From the NCBI GenBank assembly GCA_016183325.1, contig JACPEV010000006.1, positions 5,883 to 69,882 of the forward strand: a stretch of 64,000 nt of DNA, given 5' to 3'. The notes beneath the pieces were generated by a model. That model was given only the letters and a program-made list of their open reading frames with translations. It ran no database searches and was not told where the DNA came from. Source of the stretch: Candidatus Curtissbacteria bacterium. Its GTDB lineage: Bacteria > Patescibacteriota > Microgenomatia > Curtissbacterales > GWA2-41-24. Shown here piece by piece: positions 9,769 through 17,638 of this stretch (positions are counted from its first letter, which is position 1; every line of letters starts with the position of its first letter). A program made the translations under genes and the position numbers.

Positions 9769-10140
9769 TCAACTTCTTCGTAAACTCGTTGGATTGTCAT
9801 TATTCAGCCAAAGAACATCTTTATTTGCCCAGTCCCCTTCTTTTGGGATAATTGAACGCTGATCTCCACCAGCTTCTTTATAATCAACCAAATCGTAACT
9901 TTCTTGTAAAAATTTTTTGGGATTTACATCACTGTTTTCATGCCCTTTTCTGGCTGCACCGGCTTTCCTTTTTAACAAATACCAAGCATTCTTTTCAGGT
10001 CCCAAAATTTGTCTTACAATAATGCCTCCTCCCATCTCCGCTGCACTAAGTCCCCGGGATACTTCAAGGTCTGGGGTTTCGTCAACCGCTCTCCAAAGAT
10101 TTTCTTCCAAATGCGATTTTTCTCTTTCGTTTGAACTCAT
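9769..10140 (-). CDS. Hypothetical protein embedded in the suf operon.
   Basis: 123-aa ORF with a 4-nt ATGA overlap with the upstream Rieske gene. No motif recognised. Confidence 0.4.
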   Translation of the reverse strand: MSSNEREKSHLEENLWRAVDETPDLEVSRGLSAAEMGGGIIVRQILGPEKNAWYLLKRKAGAARKGHENSDVNPKKFLQESYDLVDYKEAGGDQRSIIPKEGDWANKDVLWLNNDNPTSLRRS

Positions 10141-10445
10141 GCCTCAACAAAAACCTCATCTCCCTCAACATTCACTTTGTAGATTTTTAGCGGTTCAGCC
10201 GCGGGAGGCAAAACGTTTGCGCCGGTTTTGATGTTAAATTGTGAACCGTGACATGTACATTCCACCACATCTCCATGCATCATATGGTTTTGGTCAAGCT
10301 CACACATCTCATGAGTGCAAATATTGGTTGTGGCATAGATTTTTCCTTCGACTTTATATAAAGCCACAGGCTCTCCATCAACCATCACCTTTTTTATCCC
10401 GGCTTCGGGAATTTCATTAACTTTTGCAACTTTAAGCTTAGCCAT
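10137..10445 (-). CDS. Rieske [2Fe-2S] domain protein.
   Basis: CTHEMC ... CTCHGSQF Rieske ligand boxes. Likely start is MAKLKVAKV at 10445. The upstream extension in the ORF track runs into repeat IR-A. Confidence 0.65.
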   Translation of the reverse strand: MAKLKVAKVNEIPEAGIKKVMVDGEPVALYKVEGKIYATTNICTHEMCELDQNHMMHGDVVECTCHGSQFNIKTGANVLPPAAEPLKIYKVNVEGDEVFVEA

Positions 10446-10685
10446 AAGTTTATAAATTCGAATAAGATCGTTTTGCTTCGCAAAAGCGAAATTCGAAACT
10501 CGAAACAATTTTGTATTCTAGAAAATAGTTTCTAGAAACTGGAAATTGGAAATGGAAAATTGAGATTGGAAAATAGTTATAATTTATTCTCCATTTTCTA
10601 TTTTCTACTTTCCATTACAATTTTCTAATTTCCAGTAACTAATTTCTTTATGCACTAATTTCGTGCTTCGGATTTCGAATTTTTT
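10446..10685. repeat. Intergenic repeat IR-A, copy 3 of 3. It overlaps the last codons of sufD.
   Basis: Alignment as given for 6471-6690. The SufD C-terminal KHEISA-stop is encoded inside the repeat. Confidence 0.8.
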
Positions 10686-11184
10686 CCAATATTGGACTCA
10701 CAAATCCCTCTACCAGCATTCTTTCAGCTTCCTTTCGGCTCAGCCCCCTACTCATCAAATAAAACAACATCTGCTCATCAACTTTTCCAATTGTCGCCGC
10801 GTGGCCGGCCTTAACATCCTGCTCCAAAATCTCCAGTGCCGGCGTGTCGTCTCCCATTTTGGCCTCATCGAACAAAAGCGCATCGGATCTCAAGTACGCA
10901 TCCGCCCCCTTTGCCCCTTTTTCAATCTTCACATTTCCCCGAAAAGCAAAAGTCGACCTGTCGCGCAAAACACTTTTCACTTTGACTTCTGACTTCGTGC
11001 GTGGTGCCGCGTGAGTAATGTAAATCTCCAATGCCTTATTCTCATCTCCCCTACCTAACGCAAGTCCAACTATCTCCACCCTCGCATTCTCCCCTGCCAA
11101 AACCACCTCAACTTTCTCTTCTCCATTTTCCAAAAGCAGAGGGATAAATTCGGTCTTATTCGACAAAACAACAATTTGCTTCAT
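10648..11184 (-). CDS. sufD: SufD-like Fe-S assembly protein (short SufBD-family beta-helix protein).
   Basis: Homology to the C-terminal beta-helix region of SufB/SufD (GENARVEIVGLALG, AATIGKVDEQMLFYLMSRGL). ATG at 11182-11184 is preceded by GGAGT. Confidence 0.65.
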   Translation of the reverse strand: MKQIVVLSNKTEFIPLLLENGEEKVEVVLAGENARVEIVGLALGRGDENKALEIYITHAAPRTKSEVKVKSVLRDRSTFAFRGNVKIEKGAKGADAYLRSDALLFDEAKMGDDTPALEILEQDVKAGHAATIGKVDEQMLFYLMSRGLSRKEAERMLVEGFVSPILEKIRNPKHEISA

Positions 11185-11294
11185 ATTACTTACTCCAATG
11201 AATCGAATCACTGGAGTTATCTTATAGACTAATTACGTCTCTTTCTAAAATACTCATTCATAGGCTTCCAGTAATACGTGTGCCGCCGTCATCA

Positions 11295-11728
11295 ATATGA
11301 ACTGTTTGTTTAATTGTTTTTGACATAGGATATCGCAACTGTTAAATTCGTCCTATGCTTTCAAAGCCTTGGCTAAAAGCGCTATCAGCTTTATCTGTAA
11401 ACATATCAGCTGTATGGTTTGGTCTTGCTGTAATTACTCCTAACTTTACTAGCTTAAATAGCCTAGAAGCAATCTCAACATTGATCAAAGACGTAATTTT
11501 TGGTATAGTTTTTCTACAAATCAGTGTAAAAATTGAGGAAATATTAGAAAAATGAACGATTTTCTTAATATTAGTACGAATGTTCAAATTTCTACGGCCT
11601 TGGTTCTGATCGTTCTGCTTTTGCTCTACATTGCGTTCAAGCTCTCCAATAAACCCCGCAGGCGATAAATTAACTTCCTCCGGCTTTGCATTTATATGAA
11701 CTGTTTGTTTAATTGTTTTCATTGACAT
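11295..11728. repeat. Pair of 30-bp direct repeats (ATATGAACTGTTTGTTTAATTGTTTT) flanking a ~370-bp insert between sufD and sufB.
   Basis: Identical 26-30-mers at 11297-11326 and 11694-11723. The repeat encodes the first 11 codons (MSxKTIKQTVHI) of the 128-aa minus-strand ORF 11342-11728. A truncated second copy of that start lies at 11333. Confidence 0.6.
11342..11728 (-). CDS. Hypothetical protein inside the direct-repeat-bounded insert.
   Basis: 128-aa ORF with no recognisable motif. Its start region is duplicated at 11300-11333. Confidence 0.3.
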   Translation of the reverse strand: MSMKTIKQTVHINAKPEEVNLSPAGFIGELERNVEQKQNDQNQGRRNLNIRTNIKKIVHFSNISSIFTLICRKTIPKITSLINVEIASRLFKLVKLGVITARPNHTADMFTDKADSAFSQGFESIGRI

Positions 11729-11827
11729 TTTCTAAATGTCATTCTGGAGCGAACAAAGTGAACGATAGAATCTGATGAGTAGATCCTATCGGTCGTTTCA
11801 CTCCCTCCAGGATGACAATGAGGATAT

Positions 11828-14800
11828 TCATCCTACCGCCCCTATCATTTCCAACTGAATTAACCTATTCAACTCAACTGCATACTCGAGTGGTAATTCC
11901 TTAACAATCGGTTCAATGAAACCGTTGACAATCAAAGAAGTTGCTTCCATCTCTGTTAAACCCCGACTCATCAGATAAAACAATTGTGCCGCATCAATCC
12001 TGGAAACCGCTGCCTCATGCCCGATTCGCACATTATCTTCATTAACCTGCATCGTCGGATAAGTATCGCTTCTTGATTTCTCATCCAAAATCAACGCATC
12101 ACATCTCACATTACACTTAACCCTTTCTGCATTTTTAATCACTTTAACCAACCCACGATACGAGGTCCGGCCTCCAAACGCACTAACAGATTTTGAAATA
12201 ATCTCGCCGCTTGTATCCGGTGCCAAAAACATCAGTTTTCCGCCGGCATCCTGATGTTGCCCTGCCCCGGCGTAAGCTAGGGACAAAACCTCTCCTCTTG
12301 CCCCTCTTCCAACCAAATAACAGCTCGGATATTTCATCGTAATTTTACTGTTATGAACCACTATGCCATTCGCAATAAAATTCGCAGTTTTATCTACCTC
12401 AATATCATAGACTCGCAATCTACCTATGGGTTCAATCGAGCGAACTCTGGTAAATCTCAAGGTCGGATCGAACTCTTTTTTTTCTATTATTCTCTCCAAA
12501 TTACCTCTAATGTTCATAGATAAATAATGAGACGTGTACTCAATTAATCTCCCTTTATATAGTTTTCGTTCCTTTGTGTAGGTTGTGATTTTTAATGGAT
12601 CCAAACCAACCGACATCATCAATAACTTTAAACTTTCGAGTAGATTTTTATTTGCGCTCGCAAAAACTATTTGACCATATTGATTTCCATCTTTTTTGAT
12701 CGCCTTTCTTAAGTAACCATCAGCATCAAAGTACCCCTCAATAAATGCCAGCTTCTCTCTTCTTGAAAGGCTAAATATCCAATTAGGAATTTTTTTCGTT
12801 TTAGCTGTACCCGAAAAACCCAAATCTAAAAATAACTTAGCCAAAGCTGTTGAATTAACTGTCAGAGAGATACCCTTAGGAGTAAACGGAATATCAAAAA
12901 CAAACTTTAGAAGTTTTTCTAGCTTTTTGCGCGCATGATCATTTGGTGGTACTGCAAAATAAATTCTTCGAACAACTCCCGAAAATGAACGATCCATACA
13001 GCCATCACCCAAGTATAGACCCAACAGCCACATCAGCTCTTCAGAAGTCTTATTAGGAATTGTTGGTTTGTGCTTTAAAAGATGTTGATCATAACTAAAA
13101 TTGATTTCATATGGTTTTCCATCATCTGGAAGTTCGTTAACGATAGCAATCCAATCACCTACTTTTAAATTTTCCAGTTTTTCCCATCTCAAGGTCACCA
13201 AACCAATGTTAGAAGTTTTTCTCAAAACCAGAAATGGATGATTAGCTGTTGCCTCAATTTCTCGATAGTTGGTGGTTAAAACTTTAAATACCGGCTTTAC
13301 GCCCTGATCAACGACTGCATTTACCTTGCTTTTTGCTGCTTTAAGAGTATTCAAATCTGTAGTATAAATCCAATCGCCGGCTTTTAAATCTTTAATACTG
13401 ACTGGCCCTTCTGGATTAGTAAAAAGCTTTGCATTTTCCGTTAAACATCCGATATTAGCATCCACCCACTCCATCGTCCCTTCTTCCTCAACAAATGCCC
13501 GCTTTGTCACCAGGTTATAAACATTACTTGACCAATTTTGAATTGTGGTATATCGACAGCGCGCTCCGCGCTTAACAAAAATCTCCACCACCGCCGCATG
13601 CAAAGAATCTGTTGTATAAACCGGGGCGGTGCAATTGTGCGAAATGACACCTTCAGCGACATATGATTCATCTTCTTCGACACTAAAGTTGTAAACACTA
13701 GTATTCAATTCTTCTACCTTAATTGATTTAATAGGAAGATAAATATAGTTTTCATCCATAAAAAATGGCGATCCTTCTTTGCGCCCGTTTAGCACGTCTT
13801 TTTGAACAATTTGGCCAAAAAAGACATTAGATGTACGCGAAATAATGACAGTGTACATAATTTGCCTGGGCATTACCCTCTTATGTAGATTAATTGAAGC
13901 GACTACCCCAATTTTCAATAATGCATCGCGAAACCCATATGCTAATTGTCTAGTAACTGAATTGTATCTAAATAAATTCGCTTTTTTGTCATAGCTTCCA
14001 TCGCCCCTCCATAACCCTTTGATCAATTCGCCCAAGTGCGACTTAGGACTTTCCAGCATCCATGCGGATATGTGTTTCGTCCTATTTGTAGAACCAAATT
14101 CTCTACGAAAAAATCTCGCAGCAAGGGTTGAACAAATTGTAATAGTCTGCCCATTGTTTCTTATTTTTCCCTCTATAACTTCTTTTCCAAAATAAAGAGT
14201 CAATAAACTTTTTACATCTTTTAAATATTCTTTTTCTTTTATGTTGAAAGTAAAAGTCAAGTAATGATCTTTATCAACGTGCCCTTCTGAAAGATAGTAG
14301 CCCACCAGACGATAAAAATCAGGATCGAGTGTTAGCTTAAGACTTTTTTGTGTTACATGAATGCCATTTCCAAAAGGAATTTGGAGATCTATATTCGGTT
14401 TAAAGTTATAAATAAATGGTTTCTCCAAATTCAAAGGAACAGTCTTAATCGTATCCGTTTCTACAATCTCTTTCTCTGTTTCTTTTCTTTGAATTGGAAA
14501 AACCAAATAATCACCTAATTCCACTTTGTCAGCCCTGATCCACTCAGGTGAGAAATATGTGTTTCTATACTCCTTTTTTTCTCTTTTGCAAACAAAAAGA
14601 GGGTGCTCTTCCGTTACTTTTAAAACAGCATCACTGTCACCGTAATACTTAATAGAAAAAATCTTGCCCTTGTATTGACGTTTCATGGTATTGTAAACGC
14701 GTCTATATCTTCCTTTATGAGTTAATACATTGTCTCCAACTTCAATATCCTCAATTAGTTTCTCTCCCTGATCAGTCTTCACTCTTGCACCTGCAATGAA

Positions 14801-15493
14801 ACAGCCTTCGACGTAATGTACATACGCACCCTCATCAACAATAATTAAAGTCCTCTCAAACTGCCCCATGTTGGCGGCATTAATCCTAAAATATGCTTGT
14901 AGTGGAATATCAACAGAAACTCCTGGAGGCACATAAACAAAAGACCCGCCAGACCAAACGGCAGAGTTTAGGGAAGCAAATTTATTATCCGCGGGGGGAA
15001 TAGATCGACCGAAGTATTGTTTTACCAGATCCGGATATTTTCGAAGCCCACTATCCATATCCAAAAATATCACGCCCATATCTTCCCACTGCTTCTTAAA
15101 AGAGTGATAGACACTCTCGGAATCATATTGAGTTGTCACACCCGCCAAAAACTTTTTTTCTGCTTCGGGAATACCAATCGCGTCGTAAGTATCACGAATG
15201 TCTTTTGGTAATTCCTCCCACGATTTCGCCTGCTTATCAATCGGTTTTATGTAGTAGTAAATATTGTCAAAGTCAATTGTCGAAAGATCAGCTCCCCACG
15301 TTGGCATCTTCTTAGACGCGAAAATCGCTAAAGATCGAAGACGAAATTCCCTCATCCACTCCGGCTCACTCTTCATTCCGCTAATCTGCTCCACCACGGA
15401 CTTATCCAGTCCTTTCTGGCTCTTAAACACATAATTTTCCGGCTTTGAGAAACCGTATTTGTAATCGTTTGGAACGATTAATCCATTCGCCAT
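11828..15493 (-). CDS. sufB: Fe-S cluster assembly protein SufB interrupted by two inteins. The 1221-aa precursor gives a spliced SufB of about 465 aa.
   Basis: Extein segments match SufB: N-terminal 230 aa ending in YVHYVEG; CTAPVYTTDSLHAAVVEIFV...NWSSNVYNLVTKRA...MEWVDANIG; SKITMKYPSCYLVGRGARGEVLSLAYAGAGQHQDAG through the C-terminus. The two insertions have the intein signatures C...HN + C/S. Confidence 0.9.
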   Translation of the reverse strand: MANGLIVPNDYKYGFSKPENYVFKSQKGLDKSVVEQISGMKSEPEWMREFRLRSLAIFASKKMPTWGADLSTIDFDNIYYYIKPIDKQAKSWEELPKDIRDTYDAIGIPEAEKKFLAGVTTQYDSESVYHSFKKQWEDMGVIFLDMDSGLRKYPDLVKQYFGRSIPPADNKFASLNSAVWSGGSFVYVPPGVSVDIPLQAYFRINAANMGQFERTLIIVDEGAYVHYVEGCFIAGARVKTDQGEKLIEDIEVGDNVLTHKGRYRRVYNTMKRQYKGKIFSIKYYGDSDAVLKVTEEHPLFVCKREKKEYRNTYFSPEWIRADKVELGDYLVFPIQRKETEKEIVETDTIKTVPLNLEKPFIYNFKPNIDLQIPFGNGIHVTQKSLKLTLDPDFYRLVGYYLSEGHVDKDHYLTFTFNIKEKEYLKDVKSLLTLYFGKEVIEGKIRNNGQTITICSTLAARFFRREFGSTNRTKHISAWMLESPKSHLGELIKGLWRGDGSYDKKANLFRYNSVTRQLAYGFRDALLKIGVVASINLHKRVMPRQIMYTVIISRTSNVFFGQIVQKDVLNGRKEGSPFFMDENYIYLPIKSIKVEELNTSVYNFSVEEDESYVAEGVISHNCTAPVYTTDSLHAAVVEIFVKRGARCRYTTIQNWSSNVYNLVTKRAFVEEEGTMEWVDANIGCLTENAKLFTNPEGPVSIKDLKAGDWIYTTDLNTLKAAKSKVNAVVDQGVKPVFKVLTTNYREIEATANHPFLVLRKTSNIGLVTLRWEKLENLKVGDWIAIVNELPDDGKPYEINFSYDQHLLKHKPTIPNKTSEELMWLLGLYLGDGCMDRSFSGVVRRIYFAVPPNDHARKKLEKLLKFVFDIPFTPKGISLTVNSTALAKLFLDLGFSGTAKTKKIPNWIFSLSRREKLAFIEGYFDADGYLRKAIKKDGNQYGQIVFASANKNLLESLKLLMMSVGLDPLKITTYTKERKLYKGRLIEYTSHYLSMNIRGNLERIIEKKEFDPTLRFTRVRSIEPIGRLRVYDIEVDKTANFIANGIVVHNSKITMKYPSCYLVGRGARGEVLSLAYAGAGQHQDAGGKLMFLAPDTSGEIISKSVSAFGGRTSYRGLVKVIKNAERVKCNVRCDALILDEKSRSDTYPTMQVNEDNVRIGHEAAVSRIDAAQLFYLMSRGLTEMEATSLIVNGFIEPIVKELPLEYAVELNRLIQLEMIGAVG
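12350..13447 (-). mobile_element. Intein 2 of SufB (366 aa) with a LAGLIDADG homing-endonuclease domain.
   Basis: Begins CLTENAKLF after NIG and ends IVVHN followed by SKITMKYPS. LAGLIDADG motifs LLGLYLGDGCM and IEGYFDADGYL. Cys at 13445-13447, terminal Asn at 12350-12352. Confidence 0.85.
13634..14803 (-). mobile_element. Intein 1 of SufB (390 aa) with a LAGLIDADG homing-endonuclease domain.
   Basis: Begins with Cys (CFIAGARVKTD) right after YVEG and ends VISHN followed by CTAP. LAGLIDADG-type motifs LVGYYLSEGHV and LIKGLWRGDGSY. Boundaries were verified by codon counting (Cys 14801-14803, Asn 13634-13636). Confidence 0.85.
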
Positions 15494-15496
15494 CTT

Positions 15497-15775
15497 CTTT
15501 TATTGTTCGAGTGAAATCGAGAACAACAAGCTTGTCTTATTGTTCGAGTGAAATCGAGAACTTACCATTCCTCAAATTGTCATCCTGAACTTGTTTCAGG
15601 ATCTTATGGTAACTTCTCGACTCGCTTCGCTCGCTCGAAGAATATTACTCCATTTTGCCGACAACTTCCTATTTGTCATTCTGGCTTGTCCAGAATCTGC
15701 TTACTTGTCATTCTCGACTCGATCGAGAATCTGGATCCTGAATTGAATTCAGGATGACAAGACGACTAAGTTCCC
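15497..15775. repeat. Cluster of short hairpin/MITE-like units between sufB and sufC. Includes a tandem 24-mer and GTCATCCTGAA/TTCAGGATGAC and GTCATTCTGG/CTTGTCCAGAATC units.
   Basis: TATTGTTCGAGTGAAATCGAGAAC duplicated in tandem (15501-15560). Inverted repeats GTCATCCTGAAC..TTCAGGATC, GTCATTCTGGCTTGTCCAGAATC, GTCATTCTCGACTCGATCGAGAATC, GGATCCTGAATTGAATTCAGGATGAC. Confidence 0.7.
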
Positions 15776-15951
15776 CTCTCTCTTCTTCTAGGAGGAAACT
15801 TATCACCTAATTTGCTTTGAATTCTCCAAAGTCTTTCATAAACTTGTCTTTCTCTTTCAGAAACAAATTCTGGCCCAAAAAGCACCAAAGACATATCATT
15901 GTCTAGGCCAGGTCCAACCTTCAACTCCACAATTTCGCCTTCTTTAGACAT
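15766..15951 (-). CDS. Small hypothetical ORF between sufC and sufB. Coding status uncertain.
   Basis: 61-aa ORF in operon position with no motif. The region is repeat-rich, so it may be spurious. Confidence 0.2.
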   Translation of the reverse strand: MSKEGEIVELKVGPGLDNDMSLVLFGPEFVSERERQVYERLWRIQSKLGDKFPPRRRERGT

Positions 15952-15960
15952 ACCCTGTCC

Positions 15961-16818
15961 TTACTCGCCAACGTATTCCAAACCCGGTTTGGAATAGCTT
16001 TGCGAGTCAGGATTAGAGACCACAGACTGATAACCTTTTTGCTCTATTTCTTGAGCTAATTTCGCCTTCCCCGATTTAACGATCTTCCCATCAACCATCA
16101 CATGCACAAAATCTGGCTTTAAGTATTTCAAAATCCTTGCATAGTGCGTTATCAGAATAATTGAGGATCTCGGATTCACTTTGATGAATCGAATTATCGA
16201 AGTGGCAACAAGTTTCAATCCGTCAACATCCAAACCGCTATCAATCTCATCCAAAATCACCAATTTAGGCTTCAGTGCCATCATCTGCAAAATCTCATTC
16301 CTCTTTTTCTCCCCCCCGGAAAAGCCTTCATTAAGCGAACGGCTTATGAAGTCATCGGAAAGTTTTAGCGAGGATGCATACTCGAGAAGTTCTTCTCGAA
16401 ACTTCGAAAGTTTGTTCAGGGGTTCAACCCCCGAAACTACTGACGGTGCTCGGGCTTTAGGGGTTGAACCCCTCGTCTGTCCCAAAATACTCTGCTTCGC
16501 ACGGCGAAGCACATTAAACACGCTCACTCCCGGCACTTCCACCGGATGCTGAAATCCCAAAAATATTCCTAATTTCGCCCTTTTATCGGGAGAAAGATTT
16601 CTTAAATCTTTCTCGTCCATCGTTAATCGTCCATCGTTAATCGTATAGAATGGGTACCCCATGACAACTTGGGCAAGAGTAGATTTGCCCGAACCGTTCG
16701 GCCCCATCAATACATGCATTTCTCCCGGTCGGATCGTCAGATCTAGACCTTTCAAAATCCCCTTCCCTTCGACTGAGACTCGCAAATTTTGAATTTTTAA
16801 TAAAAGTTCATCGTTCAT
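15961..16818 (-). CDS. sufC: SufC, the Fe-S assembly ABC ATPase. Carries an in-frame palindromic insertion.
   Basis: Walker A GPNGSGKST, ABC signature FSGGEKKR, Walker B LVILDEIDSGLD, H-loop ITHY. The extra segment TRGSTPKARAPSVVSGVEPLNK is encoded by 16419-16472. A 14-bp tandem duplication (ACGATTAACGATGG x2) lies at 16617-16644. Confidence 0.85.
   Translation of the reverse strand: MNDELLLKIQNLRVSVEGKGILKGLDLTIRPGEMHVLMGPNGSGKSTLAQVVMGYPFYTINDGRLTMDEKDLRNLSPDKRAKLGIFLGFQHPVEVPGVSVFNVLRRAKQSILGQTRGSTPKARAPSVVSGVEPLNKLSKFREELLEYASSLKLSDDFISRSLNEGFSGGEKKRNEILQMMALKPKLVILDEIDSGLDVDGLKLVATSIIRFIKVNPRSSIILITHYARILKYLKPDFVHVMVDGKIVKSGKAKLAQEIEQKGYQSVVSNPDSQSYSKPGLEYVGE
16419..16472. repeat. Palindromic insertion of family P3 (GGGGTTCAACCCC ... 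GGGGTTGAACCCC), 54 nt, in frame inside sufC.
   Basis: Inverted 13-mers at 16419-16431 and 16460-16472. Length is a multiple of 3. The position corresponds to a loop insertion relative to canonical SufC. Confidence 0.7.
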
Positions 16819-17072
16819 CGTGTATCGTTCATCGCAAAGAATTCTTTAAGGCAACAGTTTTCGCCGCTTGCTTACTTAAAAACTCGTATATTCTTTCAAA
16901 TTCCTCCAACCTCATCGATTGACGTATGAGACATTTCGTAAAATCTTAACTTCTCTTGGGAAATTCGCAGTGATTCTATAAATCTCTTTGACTAGCTCTC
17001 TCGCTTCTTGCCAGACAACTAATTTTTCGAAATTAAAATAGCTCATTGTTTTAAACGATGAACAATAAACGA

Positions 17073-17459
17073 TTAACGATTTGCCAAATCAGCTACCGTT
17101 TTCCTCCCAATTGTCTCCTCAAGCTGTTTTTTGACATCTTCCCACATATCCCCAGCTCCACAAACACATTCGTGATCATCCTCAAAACATTTCCCTTCAA
17201 CAATTTCCCCGTCTAAAATCTTCAAAACATCCAAAAGCTTAATTTCATCAGCTGATTTGGCAAGCTTATATCCCCCAGTTACACCTTCCTTAGAAGAAAT
17301 GATGCCAGCATTTTTAAGATCATTTGCAATCTGAGAAAGAAATTTGGCAGAAATTTTATTTTTCTTGGCAATCGAGGAAACTGAAACCAATTTCTTGGAG
17401 TTAGATAAATTTGATAAAAGTATCAATCCGTAATCAGCTTTTTGAGATAATCTGAACAT
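17073..17459 (-). CDS. Rrf2-family transcriptional regulator (IscR/SufR-like), head of the suf operon.
   Basis: Rrf2 wHTH N-terminus (MFRLSQKADYGLILLSNL ... SVSSIAKKNKISAKFLSQIANDL) and a C-terminal Cys cluster CFEDDHECVCG that fits Fe-S ligation. Confidence 0.75.
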   Translation of the reverse strand: MFRLSQKADYGLILLSNLSNSKKLVSVSSIAKKNKISAKFLSQIANDLKNAGIISSKEGVTGGYKLAKSADEIKLLDVLKILDGEIVEGKCFEDDHECVCGAGDMWEDVKKQLEETIGRKTVADLANR

Positions 17460-17638
17460 TGTAAATTATTGTTCGAGCTTGTCGAGAACCTACCGCTAAA
17501 ATTACTATAATAATAGTTTTTTAAGGTAACTTCTCGACTCTCCGGCTCGCCGGATCGCTCGAAGAATAATATTCTAACTGCTACTTATTTAGTGGAAGTT
17601 TAATAGGAATTTAGCAATAAGTCAAGCCAATCAAAACC

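Noticed and set aside
15766-15951. 61-aa ORF between sufC and sufB as a novel Suf component
   Set aside because: Kept only as a low-confidence feature. It sits in repeat-rich DNA and has no conserved motif. It cannot be supported beyond position.
16419-16472. GGGGTTCAACCCC resembling a tRNA T-arm
   Set aside because: It is one half of a palindromic element lying in frame inside sufC. No acceptor-stem/anticodon context. No tRNA or rRNA genes were recognised anywhere in the window.
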